From assembly GCA_030446685.1 (NCBI GenBank), contig JAUJMV010000039.1, forward strand, positions 15,447-79,446: a DNA stretch of 64,000 nt, in the 5' to 3' direction. Positions 54,548-63,556 of the stretch are shown here, piece after piece. Both the position numbers and the translations under genes were made by a program. Numbering within the stretch: position 1 is the first letter of the stretch; every line of letters starts with the position of its first letter. This DNA is from Thermomicrobiales bacterium. GTDB taxonomy: Bacteria; Chloroflexota; Chloroflexia; Thermomicrobiales; CADCWN01. Under the pieces are notes generated by a model. The model saw only the letters and a list, made by a program, of their open reading frames with translations. It ran no database searches and had not been told where the DNA came from.

Positions 54548-55476
54548 GGCGGAGAGCCACCCCGCATCGCACGGCACTCGTCACCTGCCCCCTGGGTTGA
54601 GGCCGGAGGCGTGGCGGTGGATTGCCGGGGATATAACACCTGACCGCCTCCGCCGCGTCGTGCCGATCGGCAGACCCAGGCGCACCACAGCGTGGCGGTG
54701 CTGGCCCTCGCCCCGGAGGTCTACGAGGCGGGGTTCGTCGCCGCCGTCAGTCGCTCGGCGCCGGCCCGGACTTGGGCGACGCCGACGACGCCAGCGCACC
54801 CCCACCCTGGCGTTCTCCTCGCTTGCGCGCCCTGGAGGCGCGTGACTGCGGGACCTTCCGACGTCGTAGCAGTGGGAGCAGCAGCGCGACAACCGCCCCG
54901 CCTGTCGGGGTTGTACCGGCGATTTTCCTGCCACGGTGACACCCGTGTGCAGCCAGCGTGGCAGAAAGAACTGCTGCGAAGCGGTAGTCCTACACTGCGG
55001 CAGATGGTGATTGAGCAGGTATTCTTGGTTGGGAGCAGCGCAAGTGCGTCAGTTCTCGGTGTGCCCTGTCACAACATTGGGACGTCGTCGACCACGTGTG
55101 GCATCAAGGATTGCGTCTGCATGCATCGGCCAGCGAAGCTGCCGACGGCGCCCTCGAAGCCTTGGCCGGGTGCATCTCGCTACTGCACGCCGGTGACACC
55201 GATGATATGTCGAACGTCGTTTCCCTACCAACGGCGGCGACAAGCATGGGTCAAGCAACCGCTGACGAGGTGTGCAGCTACTGTGCGCACGATCGTCCAG
55301 GCTGGCCGACGTTGTGATAAAATCGCGTAGCACGACGTCGCCATCACTATGCCATGCCCTGCCATTTAGTCGATGTGTGTCTTTCCCCTGATACGCCCAC
55401 GCTGCACGCAGTGGTGTTGGATGAGGCACCGGTCCGGTCCTCAGCACAGTGTGGGGCGAAGCGGCACCATCTTGAC

Positions 55477-55527
55477 ATGAGTTTGCGCAGACCAGTATTC
55501 GCGGTAGCCGCCCGCACTCGGTTCTTA
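55477..55527. repeat. repeat module B, copy 1 (51 bp, identical to 57615..57665)
   Basis: ATGAGTTTGCGCAGACCAGTATTCGCGGTAGCCGCCCGCACTCGGTTCTTA. It lies immediately 3' of the minus-strand IS5-like transposase. The terminal TTA is the likely stop codon. Confidence 0.85.
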
Positions 55528-56460
55528 CAGCCCATCCGGAAGGTGTACGGGCATGGCGCAGCTTGCGGTAGATGATCGAATCGCGGCGAGTTGGACGAAG
55601 CCGAGGGAGTTGGCCGCCTTCTTCTCCCAGCGCACGAGCAGGCGGCGGAAGTGGCTGAACCAGCTGTGCGCCGCCTCCACCACCCAGCGGCGTGCGGATG
55701 GCGGTCGGCGTGCCCCGGCGGCGGCACGCGCCGGCGGCGCTGGCTTTGGCGGGGATGTGCGAGGTAGCCCGCGCGGTGGCTTCCTCGCGGCACTGATCGT
55801 AGTCGTAGCCCTTCCGGTCCAGGCAGAGGTGCCGCTCCTGGTCCGGAGCCGAAGGGGGCGGCGGGAGTGAGCACCGCGTCGAGCAGGTCGGCCAGCTTCA
55901 TCATGTCGTGGCGGTTGGCCCCGAGGGCACCAGGCGAGGGGGATGCCCCGCCCTCGGTCAGCAGGTGGCGCTTCGCGCCGCATTTGGCGCGGTCGGTCGG
56001 GTTCGCCCCGGTCGCCTCGGCCTTCGCCGCCGCCCCTTTTTTACCCAGCGGCGCCTTGACGATGCACCCGTCGGCGGCCCGCCACCCCACTGCAGGCCGA
56101 TCTCGCCGTCGTACTCGGTGAGCAGGCGCGCCCACGCCCGCCCCAGGCAGCCGTACTCCACCCATTCTTGCCGCCGGTCATGGGCGGTGGACTGGGGCCG
56201 AACTGGTCGCGCGGCCAGGTTGCCCACTGCGCGCCGGTGCGCGCCAGCCAGATCAGCCCGTCGAGGATCGGCCGGTCATCGCCGCGGTTGCGCCCCGGCT
56301 TGCGGGGCTTGTCGACCACGAGCAGCGGCCGCAACTCCGCCCACAGGGCGTCGTCCACGCGCCAGATCGTCGGGTCGTCTCGTCGGTGAGGGTGCCGCGC
56401 TCGCGGCCCGTTGCGCTTCCATGCCCCACCCTACCACACCACCGCACCTTTCGTATGGGC
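55528..56460 (-). pseudogene. IS5-family transposase (DUF4096 plus DDE), frameshifted
   Basis: DDRPILDGLIWLARTGAQW, NPTDRAKCGAKRHLLTEGGG, GANRHDMMKLADLLD and RRWVVEAAHSWFSHFRRLLVRWEKK are spread over three frames. Confidence 0.75.
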
Positions 56461-56744
56461 CCGGTGCAGATCGGCGAGAGCGGCTGAGGGGTCGAATCCA
56501 ATTGGGGGCCCGCCGGCCAGCTCGGCGCCGACGAGCAACGGATGAGGAAGGGCCTCTGGCCTCAGAACGACTAGCGATCCTTCACGTCGATTTGTCGCCA
56601 GTTACCCGCACTATCGACGGTGGTTTTCGTATACTATCGCAAGCGAAGGGCTCGGTTTGCCACCGTTCTCGGCATGCCCTTGTTCATCGTTGACGAGATG
56701 CGGCGGGGCTCAGAAGCCCTGCCGCCCTCCGATCGTGCCGTTAT

Positions 56745-57502
56745 CGGCCACCTCGTATCCTAGTGGCAGCGGTGTTCACGCCGGCGGCGCCCGAGGTGCC
56801 GAGGTCGTCGGAGCGGCCGGCGGCGATCCGCGAACTGCGAGATCGGCCGCCCGTCCAGGCGGAACGCGTTGCCGCCGCGGCTGGTATCGAAGCGCCGCGG
56901 CCATCGGGCGCGACCCTCCCAGCTCTCCTGGCGGCCGTAGACGGTCATGTCGAGCATGTGTCATCGTCTCGCACCCGCGCCCGGTGGTCCAGTACGCCCG
57001 AAGACGCGGTCGCCCACGCGCAGGTAGCACGCCTTCATGGATGCCCTCCGGAGCTATCCGGTCCGGACCCCTCGGGCACGGCGTACCACGGCATCTCCCA
57101 GCCCATGAACTCCCGATACCGGTCGCGAACGGGCCCTCGCAGAACACCGCGAAGGTGACGTCGCGCGAGTGCAGGTATGACAGCTCGAGCACGTGTCCGG
57201 TGTTGAACGTGCAGCCCTCGCACTGGTCGGCGGCGGGGCGGCCAGGGTGCCACATGGCACGACGCGGCTGGAAGTGTGACCGGCCTCGAAGGCGTCGAGG
57301 AGAGTGACTGGACCGTTCGCCCTGATGAGCGGCGTCGCCGCATCGACCTCGATCATCGGCAGTCACGGCGGGCGGCGGCGATCGCGTCGCCCGCGCGGTG
57401 TGCGCCTTCTCGCGGCGGCGGAGCCTCGGCGATCTGCGCCTGCCAGGTGCCGCCGCGGTCCACGATCGGTGGCATGGCTGGGCGGATGTCCGCGATCGTC
57501 AT
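56745..57502 (-). pseudogene. DUF899 (thioredoxin-like) family protein, frameshifted
   Basis: Start MTIADIRPAMPPIVDRG at 57502. MWHPGRPAADQCEGCTF, SRDVTFAVFCEGP, YREFMGWEMPWY and DMTVYGRQESWE lie in different frames. Confidence 0.7.
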
Positions 57503-57519
57503 CGCGATTCTCCGCATTA

Positions 57520-57665
57520 GTGTCCGTGCGTCACCAGGGGTGTGACGTTGAGCAGTTTTCCGGTTGGGGTGGGGAGATCGACAATCTGGGAGAGGAGCTT
57601 TCGGGGAGATAGGTATGAGTTTGCGCAGACCAGTATTCGCGGTAGCCGCCCGCACTCGGTTCTTA
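57520..57665. repeat. repeat modules A (57520..57608) and B (57615..57665), copy 2
   Basis: Module A matches 26201..26288 and module B matches 55477..55527. They are joined by ATAGGT. Confidence 0.85.
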
Positions 57666-57954
57666 GTGGCGGGGCTCGGCAAACTAACGACGCCGCCGAG
57701 GTGGCGCAGCCAGGTGACTGGCCCGATCGGACAGGGTATGCTGGCGCACGTCTTCCCGCGCCGCCGAGCGCCTGAGCGCGCTGACCGGCGACGGGCGGTA
57801 CGCGGACGCGGCGGGGGCCTACGCGCGGCACTACCTGCGGCACTTCGTCGATCCGCAGACCGGGCTGATCGAGTGGGGGCCGCACAACTTCTACGACGCC
57901 TTCGAGGACGCGATCGAGTTCCTGGAGGACCACCACCACGAGATCCACGTCTGG

Positions 57955-58950
57955 ATGCCGCCCTGGCCGCTGCTCCACCGCGCCGACCTGGCGGCGGTCG
58001 AGCGCGAGATCGGGCAGATCTGGGAGTGGCACGTCGATCACGACACCGGGCAGTGCGGCCGGCACCCCGACCGGGGTGGCGGTTGCTCCTTCGCGATGAC
58101 CGCCGGGGAGTTCGTCGCGGCCTTCGCCTTCCTGCACCGCGCCACCGGACGCCCGGAGCCGCTGGAGCGGGCGCTGCGGGTGGCGCGCGTCCACTGGCAG
58201 GCGCGCGACCGAGCCACCGACCTGATCCCGAACCAGGCCGAGATGGAGGGGGCGGCGTTCAAGGGCCGGTTCGACTGCCACACCACCGACACCTCCATCA
58301 GCGGCCTCTGGTGCAGCCGGCTGCTGGTCGCGGCCCAACTGACCGGGAACGACGAATTGCGCGACATGGCCGTGGCCGAACTCAAAGCCTTCATGCGCCA
58401 CCAGTGGCAAGGCGCAACACGACCTTGGGGGCAACTGAACCTCGATGGCACCCCAGTCCCCGGCCCGCGCGCGACCGAGGGCTACGAGCGATCGGCCCCG
58501 CGCGGCGAACTGGACCTCTGGCCGGCCTACTGGGCGGGCTACGAATATCCGCAGGAGACGGCGCTGGCCTATGTCTGGAGCCACCGGCTGACCGGCGATC
58601 CCGAACTGTTGGGAGGAGCGCAGCGTTGGGCGCGCGCCTTCGCCGCCGACCTCGATCGGCTGCGCGCGGCGGGCGGGACCTACGCGCAGCATTACGGCAC
58701 GGTCATCTCCTTCTTCATCGAACTCCACCGCGAGAGTGGCGACCGCGCCGACCTGGACACCGCGCGGGCCTTCGCCGATCAGGCGCTCGATCTGCTCCAC
58801 GCCAGGCGCTTGTTCCGCGGGCATTCCGCGAAGCCATACTACGAGGCGGTCGACGGCGTCGGCTTCCTCTGCTACGGCCTGCTGCAACTGGTGGAGGAGT
58901 TGCGGGGCCTGGCGACCGACCGGCTCGATCCGTTCACACTGAACCTGTGA
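57955..58950 (+). CDS. hypothetical protein, apparently 5'-truncated (frame open from 57718, first ATG at 57955)
   Basis: High-GC3 coding character is visible from about 57750 (AAERLSALTGDGRYADAAGAYARHYLRHFVDPQTGLIEWGPHNFYD...). There is no start codon or RBS at the upstream end, which abuts repeats A/B. The stop overlaps the next gene's ATG. Confidence 0.55.
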   Translation: MPPWPLLHRADLAAVEREIGQIWEWHVDHDTGQCGRHPDRGGGCSFAMTAGEFVAAFAFLHRATGRPEPLERALRVARVHWQARDRATDLIPNQAEMEGAAFKGRFDCHTTDTSISGLWCSRLLVAAQLTGNDELRDMAVAELKAFMRHQWQGATRPWGQLNLDGTPVPGPRATEGYERSAPRGELDLWPAYWAGYEYPQETALAYVWSHRLTGDPELLGGAQRWARAFAADLDRLRAAGGTYAQHYGTVISFFIELHRESGDRADLDTARAFADQALDLLHARRLFRGHSAKPYYEAVDGVGFLCYGLLQLVEELRGLATDRLDPFTLNL

Positions 58951-60026
58951 TGGAGGCGATGGAGGGACGGATGGAATCGGTTCGGCTGGGCATCATCGGC
59001 TGCGGGGTGATCGGCCAGCGGCATCTCGCCGCCGCGGCCGCTTGGCCGGGCATCAGTCTGGTAGCGGTGGCCGATCTGCGCGAGGCGGTGGCGCGGGAGA
59101 CGGCGGTGCGGTTCGGCGTCGGGCAGGCCTACACCGACGCCGACGCGCTGCTGGCTGACCGGGAGATCGAGGGCGTGGTGCTGGCGCTGCCGGCGCGCGA
59201 CCGGGCGGCGCTGGCGCTGCGGGCCTTCGCCGCCGGGAAACATGTGCTGACCGAGAAGCCGGTGGCGCTCGACGCCGGCGAGGTGGAGCGGCTGATCGCG
59301 GCGCGCGGGGACCGGGTGGCGGGCTGCTGCTCGTCGCGCTTCCGCTTCCTGCCCTCGGCGGCGGCGGCGTGCGACCTTCTGGCGAGCGGGGCGCTGGGCC
59401 GCCTGCGCGTCGTGCGCTGCCGGGCGATCAAGCCGGCGGGGCCGCCGCAGGCGGTCATACCGCCCGCCTGGCGGCTGAGCCGGGCGCTGAACGGCGGTGG
59501 CATCATGTCCAACTGGGGCTGCTACGACCTCGACTATCTGCTCGGCATCACCGGCTGGACCCTGGAACCCCGCACAGTTCTGGCACAGACCTGGACCGTG
59601 CCCGACCCCTTCGCCGGGCAGGTCGCGCCCGGCTCGGACGCGGAGACGCACGTCGCGGCGCTGATCCGCTGCGCCGACGGCGTCACCCTGACATTCGAGC
59701 GCGGTGAGTACGTGGCGACCGAGGCCGAGGAAGCGTGGCAGATCATCGGCGACGCCGGCGCGTTGCGGCTGCGGATGACGCCGGGCGCGGGTAAGACCCT
59801 CTGGCACGACGCGGCGGACGCGGCGCGCGGCGTCGTCTCGCGCGCCATCTGGCAGGGCGACGAGGACTACGGGATGACCCACGAAGGGCCGGCGCGCGAC
59901 TTCGCGGCGGCGATCCGCGAGGGCCGGCAGCCGCTAACCAGCCTGGAACAGGCATTGGTCGTCCAGCGGATCACCGACGCGATCTACCGCTCGGCGGAAT
60001 CCGGGACGGCGGTGGCGGTGGGATGA
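58950..60026 (+). CDS. Gfo/Idh/MocA family oxidoreductase
   Basis: VRLGIIGCGVIGQRH and VLTEKPVAL. The frame is uninterrupted. The ATG overlaps the upstream TGA by 1 nt; an alternative start is at 58971. Confidence 0.85.
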   Translation: MEAMEGRMESVRLGIIGCGVIGQRHLAAAAAWPGISLVAVADLREAVARETAVRFGVGQAYTDADALLADREIEGVVLALPARDRAALALRAFAAGKHVLTEKPVALDAGEVERLIAARGDRVAGCCSSRFRFLPSAAAACDLLASGALGRLRVVRCRAIKPAGPPQAVIPPAWRLSRALNGGGIMSNWGCYDLDYLLGITGWTLEPRTVLAQTWTVPDPFAGQVAPGSDAETHVAALIRCADGVTLTFERGEYVATEAEEAWQIIGDAGALRLRMTPGAGKTLWHDAADAARGVVSRAIWQGDEDYGMTHEGPARDFAAAIREGRQPLTSLEQALVVQRITDAIYRSAESGTAVAVG

Positions 60027-60033
60027 TGGGGAG

Positions 60034-60152
60034 CCCCCCCAGCCCCCCAATAATGGGGGGAGCAACGCGGGGGGCAAGGTGGGAGGCCACCTTTGGGGCT
60101 GCCGCCAACGCCGACACGCTCGGCTCCCCCCCTTATTGGGGGGCTGGGGGGG
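60034..60152. repeat. 30-bp inverted repeat built from G/C homopolymer runs, 59-bp spacer
   Basis: CCCCCCCAGCCCCCCAATAATGGGGGGAGC at 60034..60063. The reverse complement of 60123..60152 is CCCCCCCAGCCCCCCAATAAGGGGGGGAGC, with 1 mismatch. Each arm is also a local C6/G6 hairpin. Confidence 0.85.
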
Positions 60153-60201
60153 CCGCCCCTCGCGCGTCGGGCGCGGCACACTATCGTTGGAGGAGCGGTC
60201 G

Positions 60202-61020
60202 ATGAAGTACGCCTTCACCAGTTTTTCCGCGCCACAACTCGGTCTGGAGGAGTTGCTGGCGCTGGCGGGGCGGCTGGGCTATGACGCGGTCGAGCCGCGG
60301 CTGAGTTCCCGGCACGGGCACGGGATCGAGCCGGAGACGGACGGCGCGGCGCGGGCGGCGATCCGGCGAAGGGCAGAGGAGAGCGGGGTGGCGCTCTGCT
60401 GCCTCGGCTCGTCGTGCCGCTACACCGATCCGGCGACCGTGGAGCGCCAGATCGAGGACACGCGGCGCTGCATCGCGCTGGCCGCCGACGTGGGGGCGCC
60501 GTTGCTGCGGGTCTTCGCCGGGGTGATCCCCGAGGGGATCGGCCGCGAGGAGGCGCGCGAGCGCGTGATCGGCGCGCTGCGGGCGGTGGCCGACGAGGCC
60601 GGGGCGCGCGGGGTGACGGTCTGCGTGGAGACGCACGACGATTGGTCGGACCCGCGCGAGGTCGCGGCGATCATGCGCGCGGTGGACCACCCCGCGGTGG
60701 GCGTCGTCTGGGACGTGATGCATCCGCTGCGGACCGGCAACGCGACGATGGCCGAGGCATTCGACCTCCTCGCGCCGTGGATCAGGCATGTGCATATCCA
60801 TGACGGCTCCGCGCGGCCGGACGAGCGGAAGTTTGTCCCGATCGGGACCGGCGACCTGGACCACCGCGAGGCGCTGCGGCTGCTGCGCGGCGCGGGGTAC
60901 GACGGCTACCTGAGCGGCGAATGGCTCGGCGACTGGATGGGCCACGAGCCGGGCGAGAGCCATCTCCCACGCGAACTGGCGACGATGCGCGGCTACGAAC
61001 GCGAATTGGGCCTGGCATGA
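60202..61020 (+). CDS. sugar phosphate isomerase/epimerase (xylose-isomerase-like TIM barrel)
   Basis: ATG 60202 follows GGAGGAG. VCVETHDDW, VVWDVMHPL, HVHIHDG and SGEW motifs. The frame is uninterrupted. Confidence 0.85.
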   Translation: MKYAFTSFSAPQLGLEELLALAGRLGYDAVEPRLSSRHGHGIEPETDGAARAAIRRRAEESGVALCCLGSSCRYTDPATVERQIEDTRRCIALAADVGAPLLRVFAGVIPEGIGREEARERVIGALRAVADEAGARGVTVCVETHDDWSDPREVAAIMRAVDHPAVGVVWDVMHPLRTGNATMAEAFDLLAPWIRHVHIHDGSARPDERKFVPIGTGDLDHREALRLLRGAGYDGYLSGEWLGDWMGHEPGESHLPRELATMRGYERELGLA

Positions 61021-62480
61021 CGATCGCGGTCAAGAACGTCGATTGTCATCTGCTGCCGATGCGGACGCGGATACCGTTCCGCTACGGCATCGCCACGCTG
61101 ACCGCGCTGCCGCACCTCTTCCTGCGCGTCGAACTGGCGGTGGACGGCCGGACGGCGCACGGCCTCGCCGCCGACGGGCTGCCGCCGAAGTGGTTCACCA
61201 AGGACCCCGCCACCACCTTCCGCGACGACCTCGCGGACATGCTCCGCGTCATCCGACAGGCCGGCGCGCTGGCGACGGACCTCGGCGCGGCGCCGACGGT
61301 CTTCGACCTCTGGCAAGGACTCCACCGGGCGCAAGCGACCTGGGCAACGGCGGCCGGCTACCCGCCGCTGCTCTGGGGCTTCGGCGTCAGCCTGGTCGAG
61401 CGGGCGGTCATCGACGCCTTCTGCCGGGCGACCGGCGCGACCTTCGCCGCGGCGGTCCGGGCGAACACCCTCGGCGTCCGGCTCGGCGCGGTCTACCCCG
61501 AACTCGTCGGCGCGGAACCCGCCGACCTCCTGCCGCCGCGCCCGCTGCCGGGCGTGATCGCGCGGCATACGGTCGGGCTGGGCGACCCGCTGGCCGACGA
61601 CGAGATCGCGCCGGGGGAGCGGCTGGATGATGGCCTGCCGCAGTCGCTGGAGCGGGCGATCGCGGCCTACGGGCTGACCCACTTCAAGATCAAGCTGGGC
61701 GGCGACCCGGAGGCGGACCGCGCGCGGCTACGGCGGCTCGCCCGGCTCCTCGACGAGCGCTGCGGGGACGCCTACGCCTTCACGCTCGACGGCAACGAGC
61801 AGTACCGCACGGTCGCCGCCTTCCGCGAGTGCTGGGGGGCGCTGGCCGCCGACCCCGCGCTCGCCCCGTTCCTGTGCCGGTTGCTCTTCGTCGAGCAGCC
61901 GCTGCGTCGCGACGCGGCGCTGGGCGACGACACCCGCCGCGCGTTCGCCGCCTGGCCCGACCGCCCGCCGATCATCATCGATGAGTCGGACGGCCGGGTC
62001 GGCGACCTGGTGGACGCGCTCGCGTGCGGCTACGCCGGGACCAGCCACAAGAACTGCAAGGGCGTGATCAAGGGGCTGGCGAACGCCTGCCTGCTGGAGG
62101 CGCGGCGCCGCGCCGACCCCGCCGGCGACTATCTGCTGAGCGGCGAGGACCTCGCCAACGTCGGGCCGGTCGCGCTCCCGCAGGACCTCGCGGTCGTCGC
62201 GACGCTCGGCGTCGCGCACGTCGAGCGGAACGGCCACCACTACTTCGCGGGCCTGCGGATGCTGCCGGACGACATGCAGGACGCCGTCCTCGCGCGCCAC
62301 GGCGACCTCTACCGCCAGTCGCCGGGCGGCTTCGCCACGCTCGCGATCCGCGGGGGGCGGCTCGCGACCGGCAGCGTCGTCGCCGCGCCGTTCGGCTACG
62401 CCATCGACCTGGACCCCGCCCGCTTCACCCCGCTCGCTGCGTGGGACCCGGCCACGTTGGACGAGGCCGCGCCGCTGTGA
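61017..62480 (+). CDS. enolase-superfamily enzyme (mandelate racemase / muconate-lactonizing-like), 487 aa
   Basis: There is an ATGA start/stop overlap with the upstream gene. FKIKLGG, LDGNEQY, FVEQPL, IIIDES and SHKNCKG correspond to the KxK, D, E, D/E and K positions of the superfamily. Confidence 0.75.
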   Translation: MTIAVKNVDCHLLPMRTRIPFRYGIATLTALPHLFLRVELAVDGRTAHGLAADGLPPKWFTKDPATTFRDDLADMLRVIRQAGALATDLGAAPTVFDLWQGLHRAQATWATAAGYPPLLWGFGVSLVERAVIDAFCRATGATFAAAVRANTLGVRLGAVYPELVGAEPADLLPPRPLPGVIARHTVGLGDPLADDEIAPGERLDDGLPQSLERAIAAYGLTHFKIKLGGDPEADRARLRRLARLLDERCGDAYAFTLDGNEQYRTVAAFRECWGALAADPALAPFLCRLLFVEQPLRRDAALGDDTRRAFAAWPDRPPIIIDESDGRVGDLVDALACGYAGTSHKNCKGVIKGLANACLLEARRRADPAGDYLLSGEDLANVGPVALPQDLAVVATLGVAHVERNGHHYFAGLRMLPDDMQDAVLARHGDLYRQSPGGFATLAIRGGRLATGSVVAAPFGYAIDLDPARFTPLAAWDPATLDEAAPL

Positions 62481-62551
62481 GCGACCACCGCGCTAATTGT
62501 GGAACACGGCTCGGAGCGGCGCGAAACCGCCCGGCGCCAGGGAGGATGGCC

Positions 62552-63556
62552 ATGAACGCGCCGGAGATCAAGACCACCGTCGTCGGGAGCTACCCGCTCC
62601 CGGCCTGGCTGGCGGCGATGCCCTCGGCGACCGCGCTCCGGGACGCGCTGCTGGTCGTGCTGAAGACGCAGGAACTGGCGGGGCTCGACGTGATCGCCGA
62701 CGGCGAGCTGTCGCGCTTCGACCCGAACCACCCCGAGACGAACGGGATGATCGAGTCCTTCATCCGCCCGCTGGCCGGGGTCGACACCGCCCTCGGGCGG
62801 GCGGAGCTGGACGCCTTCCGCGCCCTGCCGGGCATGGGCTTCCGCGCCCGCCCAGCCGGCGTCGTGCGCGGGCCGATCGGCGAGGGCACGCTCGACCTCC
62901 CCGCGGCCTGGGCGCTGGTCCGGCCGCTGACCGACCGACCGCTCAAGTTCACGCTGACCTCGCCCTACATGCTGGCGAAGACCCTCCTCGACCGGCACTA
63001 CGGCGACCCGCGCGCGCTGACGATGGCGATCGCCGAGGCGCTGCGCGGGCAGGTCGCCGCGCTCGACGCGGCGGTGCTCCAACTCGACGAGGCGAACCTG
63101 ACCGGCCACCCGGAGGACGCGGGGTGGGCGCACGAGCCGCTCAACCACGTCCTCGGGGCGGCGCGCGGCGAGAAGGCGCTGCACCTCTGCTTCGGCAACT
63201 ACGGCGGGCAGTCGATCCAGCGCGGCTTCTGGCGCGACCTGATCCCCTTCTTCAACCGCCTCGACGTCGACCACCTGGTGCTCGAATTCGCGCGCCGGGG
63301 CTACGACGAACTGGAGGCGTTCCGCGACCTGCGGCCGGAGGTCGCGCTGGGGATCGGCGTGATCGACATCAAGGACAACGAGGTCGAGACGCCGGACACC
63401 GTCGCGCGGCGGATCGCCGGGGCGGTGGAGACGCTCGGCCCGGCGCGGGTGCGCTGGGTCCACCCCGACTGCGGCTTCTGGATGCTGCCGCGCACCGTCG
63501 CCGACCGGAAGATGGCCGCGCTGGCGGCGGGGCGCGACCGCTTCCTGGGATTGTAG
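62552..63556 (+). CDS. cobalamin-independent methionine synthase (MetE) C-terminal-domain-like protein
   Basis: KTTVVGSYPLPAWL, DGELSR, HLCFGNYGG, IGVIDIKDNEVETPD and VHPDCGFWMLPR are typical of the Meth_synt_2 / UROD-like fold. The start is 62552 or 62546. Confidence 0.8.
   Translation: MNAPEIKTTVVGSYPLPAWLAAMPSATALRDALLVVLKTQELAGLDVIADGELSRFDPNHPETNGMIESFIRPLAGVDTALGRAELDAFRALPGMGFRARPAGVVRGPIGEGTLDLPAAWALVRPLTDRPLKFTLTSPYMLAKTLLDRHYGDPRALTMAIAEALRGQVAALDAAVLQLDEANLTGHPEDAGWAHEPLNHVLGAARGEKALHLCFGNYGGQSIQRGFWRDLIPFFNRLDVDHLVLEFARRGYDELEAFRDLRPEVALGIGVIDIKDNEVETPDTVARRIAGAVETLGPARVRWVHPDCGFWMLPRTVADRKMAALAAGRDRFLGL

Noticed and set aside
54990-55130. A Ser/Thr/Cys-rich peptide (..GSSASASVLGVPCHNIGTSSTTCGIKDCVCMH..) that looks superficially like a lanthipeptide core.
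   Set aside because: It lies inside a 212-codon ORF in a lower-GC, poorly coding-like patch. It has no leader-like region, no RBS and no modification, transport or immunity genes nearby.
56490-56499. A tRNA-like T-arm string, GGTCGAATCC.
   Set aside because: The flanking bases do not form a T-stem, acceptor stem or anticodon arm on either strand. I found no tRNA-like cloverleaf anywhere in the window by eye, though this is not an exhaustive search.
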